In this document: one piece after another, positions 29,079 through 37,449 of the stretch
Layout of the letters: each line of letters opens with the position of its first letter
Position numbering within the stretch: position 1 is the first letter of the stretch
Origin: Bacilli bacterium
GTDB lineage: Bacteria > Bacillota_I > Bacilli_A > RFN20 > CAG-826
DNA: 64,000 bases
Reading direction: 5' to 3'
Assembly (NCBI GenBank): GCA_045628045.1
Contig: JAZQOV010000001.1
Coordinates: 88,151 to 152,150, forward strand
Position numbers and translations under genes: made by a program
The notes under the pieces: model-generated
What the model saw: only the letters and a program-made list of their open reading frames with translations
Databases searched by the model: none
Told to the model about the DNA's origin: nothing

Positions 29079-29937
29079 AGTCGCAATTACTCAAATGAGT
29101 TGTTCAAACAACTATGAAGAAAACATTAAGAAAGCTGAAGCAATGGTAAAAAAATGTGCAGAAGCCGGAGCACAAATTGTTCTTCTTCAAGAACTTTTCT
29201 CAAACTTATATTTTTGCCAAGTTGAGGACTATGATAAGTTCGATTTAGCTGAAATTCGCGAGAAATCCCCGTTAATTTCACATTTTAAGGAAGTCGCTAA
29301 GAAATATAATGTTGTTCTTCCGATTTCATTTTTTGAGAAGTCTGGAAGCAATTATTTTAATTCGTTAGTAATGATTGACGCTGACGGTAAAGATCTTGGA
29401 TTATACCGCAAGACCCACATTCCTACCGGTGAATGTTATGAAGAAAAATTCTATTTCTCACCAGGCGACACTGGGTTCAAAGTTTTTAAAACAAAGTATG
29501 GAAGAGTAGGTGTTGCTATTTGTTGGGATCAATGGTTCCCAGAGACTGCGAGAATTTTAACTTTAAAAGATGCTGAAATTTTACTTTATCCAACAGCAAT
29601 TGGAAGTGAACCAGTTTTAGTTCGTGATTCAATGCCTCACTGGAGAAATACAATGTGTGGACATGCAGCTGCAAATATTATTCCTGTTTGCGCATCAAAT
29701 AGAGTTGGAACTGAAAAGGCCGGAAAATCTAGCATGAATTTCCAAGGATTCTCATTTATTGCTGATCAACATGGATGTGTTGTCGAAGAAATGAATAGAG
29801 AAGAAGAAGGTTTTAGAATCCACGAATTTGATCTAAAAGAAATCGATAAAGAGAGAGTGTCATGGGGAATCTTCAGAGATAGACGCCCAGAAGTTTATAA
29901 AGAACTTATTGGCTACTCAAAAGAAATAGATGAATAA
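29068..29937 (+). CDS. aguB: N-carbamoylputrescine amidase
   Basis: Nitrilase triad QELF / YRKTHIP / ICWDQWFPE; YEEKFYFSPGD; YPTAIGSEP. Confidence 0.93.
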   Translation: MKIKVAITQMSCSNNYEENIKKAEAMVKKCAEAGAQIVLLQELFSNLYFCQVEDYDKFDLAEIREKSPLISHFKEVAKKYNVVLPISFFEKSGSNYFNSLVMIDADGKDLGLYRKTHIPTGECYEEKFYFSPGDTGFKVFKTKYGRVGVAICWDQWFPETARILTLKDAEILLYPTAIGSEPVLVRDSMPHWRNTMCGHAAANIIPVCASNRVGTEKAGKSSMNFQGFSFIADQHGCVVEEMNREEEGFRIHEFDLKEIDKERVSWGIFRDRRPEVYKELIGYSKEIDE

Positions 29938-30844
29938 AAACAATAAGAAAAGAAATTTACATAAAGGAAAAGTAAATCCTAACTCGATAAAAGAATTTAA
30001 GGTTCACGAGGAATGCGAATTGCTTTCCTTTTTGTTTACGAAATTTCCTAATCTTTCAAGAAACTCTGTTAAATCCATACTTAGTGGTCACTATGTTTCA
30101 GTAAATGGTGCACCAGTTTCTCAATTTAATTTAAAACTATCAAAGGATGACGTTGTAATCGTATCAAAACAACGAATAACAAAGAAAAATAGGCAAGATT
30201 TACCGATTATTTTTGAAAATGATGAATTTATTGTCATTAATAAACCAAGCGGTCTTTTAACAATCCCAAGTGATAATGAAAAAGGAAGAACTGCCTACCG
30301 AATGGTTAACGATTACGTCCAACAAAAAGACAAACATAACCGTATATTTGTAGTGCATAGATTAGACGAAGATACATCAGGCGTTTTGATGTTTGCAAAG
30401 AACCCAAAAATAAAAGATATTTTGCAAAAAAATTGGAGCGAAATTGTTCTTGAAAGATGTTATTATGCGGTTGTCGAAGGGAAGATGCAAAAAGAGGAAG
30501 AAACTCTTGTGAATTACCTCAAGGAAAATTCATTAAATTTAATGTATGTTTCTAACGATAAAACTAATGGTAAAAAGTGTATTACTCATTACAAAGTAAT
30601 GAAATCAAATAAGCTTTATTCACTTTTAGATGTGAATATTGATACAGGAAGAAAGAACCAAATTCGTGTTCAATTAGGGCATATTGGTCATCACGTTCTT
30701 GGTGATGATAAATATGGTGAACCTTTAGACCCATTGAAGAGGCTCGCTCTTCACGCTTATAAATTAAAATTTGTTCACCCTGTGACAAAGAAAATTTTTG
30801 AATTTAAAGCGGATATTCCTGGAGAATTTTTAAAACTTTTCTAA
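29930..30844 (+). CDS. RluA-family pseudouridine synthase
   Basis: INKPSGLL, VHRLDEDTSG, TGRKNQIRV, LALHA. Confidence 0.93.
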   Translation: MNKNNKKRNLHKGKVNPNSIKEFKVHEECELLSFLFTKFPNLSRNSVKSILSGHYVSVNGAPVSQFNLKLSKDDVVIVSKQRITKKNRQDLPIIFENDEFIVINKPSGLLTIPSDNEKGRTAYRMVNDYVQQKDKHNRIFVVHRLDEDTSGVLMFAKNPKIKDILQKNWSEIVLERCYYAVVEGKMQKEEETLVNYLKENSLNLMYVSNDKTNGKKCITHYKVMKSNKLYSLLDVNIDTGRKNQIRVQLGHIGHHVLGDDKYGEPLDPLKRLALHAYKLKFVHPVTKKIFEFKADIPGEFLKLF

Positions 30845-30862
30845 AACTATTAGTTATTGATC

Positions 30863-30897
30863 AAAAAGTGCGTAAATCATTGCGCGCTTTTTATTTT
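30863..30897 (+). terminator. Terminator after the RluA-family gene
   Basis: AAAAAGTGCGTAA-ATCA-TTGCGCGCTTTTT stem with T tract. Confidence 0.65.
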
Positions 30898-30913
30898 CGG
30901 TTATAATATGCGT

Positions 30914-32455
30914 ATGGTCGATGCACTTAAGAAGTTAAAAAATTCATTTTTATTAGTCTTACCTGTTGCTTTGGTTGTTTATGCTCTTGCTTTAGCAAAA
31001 GTTGTAGAATTCGAGCAAAGTGAGCTAATTATTTTCGGCATTAGCTGTGCTCTTGTTGTTTTGGGAATGTATCTATTTAATATTGGCGCAGAATCCTCAA
31101 TGCAAAAAATGGGCGAACTTGTTGGCTCAACTGTTACTAAGAAAAAGAATATTGTGTTTTTGATTATCATCTTTTTCTTGTTTGGTTTATTAATTACTGT
31201 TGCCGAACCTGATTTGTCTGTGTTAGCCGAGCAGGCTTCTAGCGACCCTGCTACTAGATTGTTTTTGATTATATCAATCGGTGTAGGTGTCGGTATTTTC
31301 CTTGTTATTGGTGCATTAAGAATTTTATTTCAAAAGTCACTTAAAATTTGGCTACTCTGTTTTTATGGATTAATGTTTGCTTTATGCTGCTTAGTAGATA
31401 AAGCTAGAATTCCAGTTTCACTCGATAGTGGCGGAGTTACAACTGGCCCAATTACAGTTCCATTTATTTTGTCAGTCGGTGTTGGTATTGCTACCAGTAA
31501 AGCCGGAAATAAATCAGACGCAGATTCATTCGGCCTTGTCGCATTCTCATCTATTGGCCCAATTTTGGTTGTTTTAATTACCTCAATTTTAATGAGAAAT
31601 ATTTCAACAGCTTATGATGTTTCTGTATTAGAATACAGCTCGACTGCAACATCTTATTTTGACGTTTTTGCCGGAAAATTACTGGGATTTGACGGTGTTT
31701 TAATAAAAGTAGCTCTCTCAACATTACCAATAGTCGTTGTTTTTACTTTGTATGAAATCATCTTCATTAGATTATCATTCAGAAAACTTTTCGGCATGTA
31801 TATCGGTGTCATATTTGTATACATTGGTTTGGTTTTCTTTTTAACTGCAGTTGAAACCGGGTTCTTACCAATGGGTCAAAAATTAGGAATTTCTCTTGCC
31901 GGAAAAGATCCAAAATTATTTATTCTTATTGGCGCTGCACTTGGCTTAGCTGCAGCATTAGCAGAGCCTGCTGTTCACGTTCTTACTCAACAAGTTGAAC
32001 TTGTTTCTGACGGCTCTGTTAGCAAAGCTACAGTTTTAATTACTATTGCTTTAGGCAATGCACTTGCTATTGGGCTTTCAATGTTCCGTGTTGAATTGGG
32101 ATTTGATTTGCTATGGATTATTGTTCCTGGTTATATCTTAGCATTTGCTCTTTCACTTATTGTTCCAGATATTTATTCTGCAATCGCGTTTGACGCAGGC
32201 GGAGTCGTATCTGGTCCAATGAACTCAACATTCATTTTGCCATTCGCTATTGGCGCTTGCTATGCAATTAATGGCGAACAAGCCAGCGAAGCAATTATGA
32301 CAGATGCATTTGGAACTATTGGTGTGGTTGCCTTGATGCCACTTTTAATGATTCAAATTGTTGGTTTATCTGGAACACTTCGTATTGTTACCGAACGCAG
32401 AATTGCTCGTAGAAGAACAACATCTGAAAACGACAATCAAATTATTCATTTTTAG
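30914..32455 (+). CDS. DUF1538-family membrane protein (two DUF1538 halves in one chain)
   Basis: Duplicated motifs AEPDL/AEPAV and DSGGVTTGP/DAGGVVSGP. ATG 30914 lies 6 nt after TATAAT. Confidence 0.85.
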   Translation: MVDALKKLKNSFLLVLPVALVVYALALAKVVEFEQSELIIFGISCALVVLGMYLFNIGAESSMQKMGELVGSTVTKKKNIVFLIIIFFLFGLLITVAEPDLSVLAEQASSDPATRLFLIISIGVGVGIFLVIGALRILFQKSLKIWLLCFYGLMFALCCLVDKARIPVSLDSGGVTTGPITVPFILSVGVGIATSKAGNKSDADSFGLVAFSSIGPILVVLITSILMRNISTAYDVSVLEYSSTATSYFDVFAGKLLGFDGVLIKVALSTLPIVVVFTLYEIIFIRLSFRKLFGMYIGVIFVYIGLVFFLTAVETGFLPMGQKLGISLAGKDPKLFILIGAALGLAAALAEPAVHVLTQQVELVSDGSVSKATVLITIALGNALAIGLSMFRVELGFDLLWIIVPGYILAFALSLIVPDIYSAIAFDAGGVVSGPMNSTFILPFAIGACYAINGEQASEAIMTDAFGTIGVVALMPLLMIQIVGLSGTLRIVTERRIARRRTTSENDNQIIHF

Positions 32456-32464
32456 GAGGGACTT

Positions 32465-32899
32465 ATGGCTTTAAAAAATAAAAAATTATTTAAAAAGAAC
32501 GATGACAAAGAAAGCTTTGTGCCTTTTGAAAAAGAAAATGAAGTTAAACCATTAAAACTTTTTATTACTGTTGTTCCTTTTGGCCAAGCAAATGCCATTG
32601 TCAAATTAATAGAACAATTTAGATCAACTTATAGTTATGTTACAACGGGTGAAGGCACCGGAAGGAATTTTATGCCTGGTCTTTTATCTGTTTCCGATTC
32701 TAAAAAGCAAATTGTGTTTTCTTTTGTTAGAGAAGATAGAGCAAAAGAAGTTGCTGATGCGTTAGCAGAAAGATTTTCGACTTCAAAAGCCGCGAATGGC
32801 GTTTCTATGTCAGTCAAATTAACTTCCATTGCTGGAGTTTCTGTTTATAGATTTTTAACAAATATCAGAAAGGTTAAAAAGGTATCGAAATATGAATAA
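32465..32899 (+). CDS. P-II-like protein
   Basis: P-II-like pattern with GEGTG and KQIVFSFV; context next to DUF1538. Confidence 0.7.
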   Translation: MALKNKKLFKKNDDKESFVPFEKENEVKPLKLFITVVPFGQANAIVKLIEQFRSTYSYVTTGEGTGRNFMPGLLSVSDSKKQIVFSFVREDRAKEVADALAERFSTSKAANGVSMSVKLTSIAGVSVYRFLTNIRKVKKVSKYE

Positions 32900-33215
32900 T
32901 TCAAACAAAGAACTCATTTGTTGTGTTATCAACAATGGTTATTCAGATTTAGTAATGTCTGCCGCAAAAAAGAAAGGCGCAAGAGGCGGAACCATTTTCC
33001 ATGGTAAAGGCACAGGCGCAGAAGATGCAGAAAAATTCTTTGGAATTAAAATTTCTCCAGAGAAAGAAATTGTACTAATTGTTGTTGAAGCTGAACAAAA
33101 GGATGATATAGTTTCTGCCATTTATGAAGAGGCAGGTCTTGACACAAAAGGACAAGGCATTATTTTTACCTTACCAGTTGATGATTTTATAACAAGCAAA
33201 ATTGAAAATAAATAA
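32892..33215 (+). CDS. P-II family regulator
   Basis: AAKKKGARGGTIFHGKGTG, PEKEIVLIV, GQGIIFTLPV. Confidence 0.88.
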   Translation: MNNSNKELICCVINNGYSDLVMSAAKKKGARGGTIFHGKGTGAEDAEKFFGIKISPEKEIVLIVVEAEQKDDIVSAIYEEAGLDTKGQGIIFTLPVDDFITSKIENK

Positions 33216-33218
33216 TAA

Positions 33219-33267
33219 AAAAAACACGGTTTTTCCTGGGAATTTCCGGATAAATGCCGTGTTTTTT
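33219..33267. terminator. Bidirectional terminator between the P-II gene and rsmI
   Basis: AAAAAACACGG...CCGTGTTTTTT inverted repeat. Confidence 0.75.
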
Positions 33268-33277
33268 CTTTGCCTTT

Positions 33278-34126
33278 TTAATTTATGTGGAATATTTTGT
33301 AGACTGTATTTTTATTAATCTTAGTAATTTCTGAAACCTTCTTAATTGCGTCTTTCGTGGACATTCCTGATTCCACTAAAGATTTAACCATTTTAATTAA
33401 TTCAGCATCACCAACGATTGGTTTTTCTTCACCGTTTGAACCTTCGATAATAATAACCATTTCGCCAATTAATGTTTCAGGATCAATTTTACAAAGTTCC
33501 TCTAAATTGCCTCTAATGAACTCCTCGTGTTTTTTTGTTAGTTCCCTAGCAATGCAAGCTTTTCTATTTCCTAAAACTTCATACATAACTTCAAGAGTTT
33601 TTTGAATACGATGTGGAGCCTCATAGAAGATTAATGTTTCTTTTCTTTGTGCTAATGATTTTAATTCATCAATTTTTACGCTGTCTTTTGCAGCAAGGAA
33701 TCCATGGAAATAAAAATGATCTTCGCATAATCCAGAAGCGACAAGAGCATTTAATGCAGCATTAGGCCCTGAAATAGGAGCAACATTAATGCCATTTTCT
33801 AAACAAATTTTAACAAGTTTTGAACCAGGATCAGAAATGCATGGATAACCAGCGTCTGACATGTAAGCGACTTTAGTACCTTCAAGAATTTTCTTTACAA
33901 TATTTTGTGATTCAGAAACTTCATTATGTTCGCGAAGCGAAACAAGTTCTTTTTTAAACCCGAGAATTGATAATAATTTTCCAGTTACTCTTGTATCTTC
34001 ACATGCGATTAAATCGACACTAGAAAGAACCTCAAGCATTCTTGGAGAGACTTCTTGCATATTGCCAATTGGTGTTGGTACTAAATAAAGAAGTGGTTTA
34101 TCTAACTCGTAGTTTAAAGATCTCAT
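33278..34126 (-). CDS. rsmI: 16S rRNA (cytidine1402-2'-O)-methyltransferase
   Basis: LYLVPTPIGN, ACEDTR, SDAGYPCISDPG, FYEAPHR, ARELTKKHEE. Confidence 0.96.
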   Translation of the reverse strand: MRSLNYELDKPLLYLVPTPIGNMQEVSPRMLEVLSSVDLIACEDTRVTGKLLSILGFKKELVSLREHNEVSESQNIVKKILEGTKVAYMSDAGYPCISDPGSKLVKICLENGINVAPISGPNAALNALVASGLCEDHFYFHGFLAAKDSVKIDELKSLAQRKETLIFYEAPHRIQKTLEVMYEVLGNRKACIARELTKKHEEFIRGNLEELCKIDPETLIGEMVIIIEGSNGEEKPIVGDAELIKMVKSLVESGMSTKDAIKKVSEITKINKNTVYKIFHIN

Positions 34127-34944
34127 TATCTTTTTACCTTCTTGAATTTTAATGCGATATCAAGTGGAACGAATTCAAAATCGTTTTCGCAAGTAAGTTT
34201 AACGTGTCTTGAAAAGACGTTATATGATGTAACTTTCCAAAGTTTTCCGTCTTCTCTTTCATAAACAGTGCCTAGAGGTGGGAAATCTTTCTTTAAATCT
34301 GTATAAGCATCATCTTCATAAAGAAGACAACAAATAAGTTTGCCACAATGGCCACTTAATTTTGGAATATTTAATGAAAGCATTTGGTTTTTTGCTCTAT
34401 TTATAGAGACGCCTTCCATGTTGGCTGAAAATTGTTTGCAGCAAAGAGGAAGACCGCAAAGGCCAATTCCACCAACCATTTTTGCTTTATCTCTAGGGCC
34501 AACTTGTCTAAGTTCGATTCTACAATGGAATTTTGATGCAAGAACTTTTAATAATTCTCTGAAATCAACTCTTTCTTCAGCAACATATGTGATTGTGACT
34601 TTAGAACCATCGAGTGCAAATTCAGCATCTATTGGATTCATTTCGAGTCCAAGCTTTTCAATTTCCACACATGTCTCTTTGAGAGCTTGTTTTTTACGTT
34701 TTTGGTTTGCTTCAAAAAGTAATTTATCATCTTCTGTAGCAATTCTTGTAATTGGTTTTAATTCAAGCGAGCTTTTATAAGCACTTATATCAAAAACTGG
34801 TGTTGCGACTTCACCTAATTGAAGGCCTCTAACAGATTCTGCAACTATAAGTTGCCCCATTTTTAAATCGGCAATGTCGGTGCCAAAGAAATATGCCTTA
34901 CCTGAGTTGGAAAATTTAATACCTACATAATATCTAACACCCAT
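34126..34944 (-). CDS. ricT: RicT/YaaT (PSP1-domain) protein
   Basis: RVDFRELLK, RIELRQVGPRD, GLCGLPLCC, KLSGHCGKLICCL. Confidence 0.93.
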   Translation of the reverse strand: MGVRYYVGIKFSNSGKAYFFGTDIADLKMGQLIVAESVRGLQLGEVATPVFDISAYKSSLELKPITRIATEDDKLLFEANQKRKKQALKETCVEIEKLGLEMNPIDAEFALDGSKVTITYVAEERVDFRELLKVLASKFHCRIELRQVGPRDKAKMVGGIGLCGLPLCCKQFSANMEGVSINRAKNQMLSLNIPKLSGHCGKLICCLLYEDDAYTDLKKDFPPLGTVYEREDGKLWKVTSYNVFSRHVKLTCENDFEFVPLDIALKFKKVKR

Positions 34945-34945
34945 C

Positions 34946-35929
34946 TTATTTTCCTCCTTTTGTAATCGAATATATGATGTGGTCTAACAAGAGACCAATA
35001 TTTACGTTGTAGTCGAACTTTTTAAGTGATGACATAAGAACAATAATTGACTTGTCTATGTTAGTCACATGATTTAAGAGTTCATGTAATATATTATCAT
35101 AACTTTTCAATGTTATGGATTTGTTTACTTGTATATTAAGCAATTCTTTAAAAATTTCAGTGAGCATTTTGATGTAGAGTTTTGCGACACTTGCTTGTTT
35201 CATTTCTGGAATGATTAATCGTTGGCAAGTAAACACTGCATTCTCAGGTGAAATAAGCAATGAATTAATTTGATCATCAAGTGCTTGTTTTGCAACTTGG
35301 TAATCTTTGCTTTCTGCAATTGCTTTTAGTGAATCTGCATCATTGCAAAAACCACTTAAAATTTCAGCTTCTTCCGGTAAAACCCCGTTATTTTCCGCTT
35401 CTTTTATAATTTTGTCTCTGTCAATTTCTTTGAACCTAAGTACTTGAGTTCTAGAGATAATTGTTGGCAAAATCTTTGTTTCGTTTTCGGTTGTTAGGAA
35501 TGCAAAAATGTTCTTTCCTGGTTCTTCCAAAAACTTCAATAATGAGTTAACAGCAATCGGAGTCATTGTCTCTACAAGATGAAGGACATAAATCATAATT
35601 CCTTTTTCTTCGAGAGCGGTTTTATCAAAACTTGAAATAATTCTTTCGATATCACCTTTTTTAATCTTTGCATCTCCATCACCAAAAACCAATAAATCTG
35701 GGTAGTGATTTTCATCCACTCTGCAACAAGTAATACAACTGTTACAAGCAAGCGGATTTGGATTATCGCAGAGTATTGACTTTGCAAGATAAATTGCTGT
35801 TTCTTTTAGAGGCATTCCAACAGAACCGCTTAATAAATAAGCGTGTGAAAGTTTCTTTGTTTGGAGTGCATTAACAAAGGTTTTATAAATTATCGGTTGG
35901 TATTCTTCTAAATATTTATCTATTTGCAT
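34946..35929 (-). CDS. holB: DNA polymerase III delta' subunit
   Basis: SHAYLL, Cys cluster, HYPDL, NSLLKFLEEP, LPTIISR; tmk-holB-ricT synteny. Confidence 0.92.
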   Translation of the reverse strand: MQIDKYLEEYQPIIYKTFVNALQTKKLSHAYLLSGSVGMPLKETAIYLAKSILCDNPNPLACNSCITCCRVDENHYPDLLVFGDGDAKIKKGDIERIISSFDKTALEEKGIMIYVLHLVETMTPIAVNSLLKFLEEPGKNIFAFLTTENETKILPTIISRTQVLRFKEIDRDKIIKEAENNGVLPEEAEILSGFCNDADSLKAIAESKDYQVAKQALDDQINSLLISPENAVFTCQRLIIPEMKQASVAKLYIKMLTEIFKELLNIQVNKSITLKSYDNILHELLNHVTNIDKSIIVLMSSLKKFDYNVNIGLLLDHIIYSITKGGK

Positions 35930-36546
35930 TTCGCTATTCTACTTTTGATAGCGTTATAGGCATCTTTTACGACTTCATCAAATGGTTTTGAAGCATCTAA
36001 AACCACATATCTATCGCTAAATCTTTTGGCAAGATCTAAAAATGTCCTTCTAACACTGTCATGAAATTCAATTTTCTCTAAATCTAAACGATTTACTTCT
36101 CTATTATTATTTGCTGCTATTCTAGCAAGGCCAATGCGTGGATCAATGTCAAATAACAAAGTTAAATCAGGATAAAATCCATCAGTTGCATATTGATTAA
36201 GTGATAAAACTTTATCAATTCCAATTCCTCTAGCTCCACCTTGGTAGGCTAAAGAGGAATCTAAAAATCTATCAGAAATAACAATTTTGCCTTCTTTAGA
36301 AAGAGGCCAGACCTTTTCAACTAAATGTTGCCTTCTACTTGCAGCATAAAGCAAAGCCTCTGTTACTGGATCCATTGCAGTATTCTTTTTATCTAAGATA
36401 ACATTACGAATTTCTTCTGCGATTGGAGTTCCTCCAGGTTCGCGAGTTAAAACGATGGAGTAGCCTTCTTGTTCTAGAAGTTTGGTTACTTCTTTAGTAA
36501 CGGATGATTTACCACTTCCTTCTGGTCCTTCTATAGTTACAAACAT
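35920..36546 (-). CDS. tmk: Thymidylate kinase
   Basis: EGPEGSGKS, TREPGG, DRFLDSSLAYQG. ATG 36546 has SD AAGGAG. Confidence 0.96.
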   Translation of the reverse strand: MFVTIEGPEGSGKSSVTKEVTKLLEQEGYSIVLTREPGGTPIAEEIRNVILDKKNTAMDPVTEALLYAASRRQHLVEKVWPLSKEGKIVISDRFLDSSLAYQGGARGIGIDKVLSLNQYATDGFYPDLTLLFDIDPRIGLARIAANNNREVNRLDLEKIEFHDSVRRTFLDLAKRFSDRYVVLDASKPFDEVVKDAYNAIKSRIAKCK

Positions 36547-36556
36547 AGTTTTCTCC

Positions 36557-37153
36557 TTAAATCTTATTTCTTCCTTCAAGTGCTTTGGTCAACGTTAATG
36601 CATCTGCGTACTCAAGATGGCCGCCTAAAGGGAGCCCGTACGCGAGACGTGTAATTTTAACACCAGTACTTGCGAGTATATGCGCCAAATATAGAGCGGT
36701 TGTTTCGCCTTCAGTATTTGGATTTGTTGCAATAATAATTTCTTCAGCATTTTGAGATTTGATTCTATCGAATAATGAGGAAATATTAAGTTTATCGATT
36801 GTAATTCCGTTCACGGAACTTAGTGCTCCACCTAGCACATGATAAACACCATCGTAAACGCCAATTTTTTCAAATGAAATTATGTCTTTTGCGTATGAAA
36901 CAACCATGATTTTTTTAAAATCTCTTGTTTTTGAACTACAAATTTCACAAAGTTCGTCTTCTGTGTATGCGCCACAAACTGGGCAATGGTGAATATTTGT
37001 TTTTACTTCGTTTAAAGCATTTGAAAACTCTTCAACAGTTTCTGGTTTCATATCTAAAACCTGGTAAGCCATTTTTTCGGCAGTTTTATGGCCGATTCCT
37101 GGTAAACGTTGAAATGAGTTAACTAATTTTGAAATGCTGCGAAGTTCTTTCAT
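36557..37153 (-). CDS. recR: Recombination protein RecR
   Basis: LPGIGHKTA, C4 zinc finger, YHVLGG, EGETTA, TRLAYGLP. Confidence 0.97.
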   Translation of the reverse strand: MKELRSISKLVNSFQRLPGIGHKTAEKMAYQVLDMKPETVEEFSNALNEVKTNIHHCPVCGAYTEDELCEICSSKTRDFKKIMVVSYAKDIISFEKIGVYDGVYHVLGGALSSVNGITIDKLNISSLFDRIKSQNAEEIIIATNPNTEGETTALYLAHILASTGVKITRLAYGLPLGGHLEYADALTLTKALEGRNKI

Positions 37154-37449
37154 TAAAATAATTTTCCCGGGGCTGTCATTTTGGAATTAATAGCTTCTTC
37201 TTCAGCCCTAATTTGTTCAATAGCTTCATTGATTGCTAAAGCAATTAATTCCTCAACCATTTCTTTATTGTCAGCATCAAAAGCATCTTTATCAATATTA
37301 ATTGATTTTACGGTTTTATCACCTTTCACAACTACTGTAACGGCGCCGCTTTTGCTAACTGTAAATTCTTTTTGCTCGAGTTCTGCCATTTGTTTTTGCA
37401 TTTCTCTTTGCAATTTCTGCGCTTGGATTAGCATTTGTTGCATGTTCAT
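37153..37449 (-). CDS. ebfC: YbaB/EbfC nucleoid-associated protein
   Basis: MNMQQMLIQAQKLQ; dnaX-ebfC-recR synteny. Confidence 0.93.
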   Translation of the reverse strand: MNMQQMLIQAQKLQREMQKQMAELEQKEFTVSKSGAVTVVVKGDKTVKSINIDKDAFDADNKEMVEELIALAINEAIEQIRAEEEAINSKMTAPGKLF

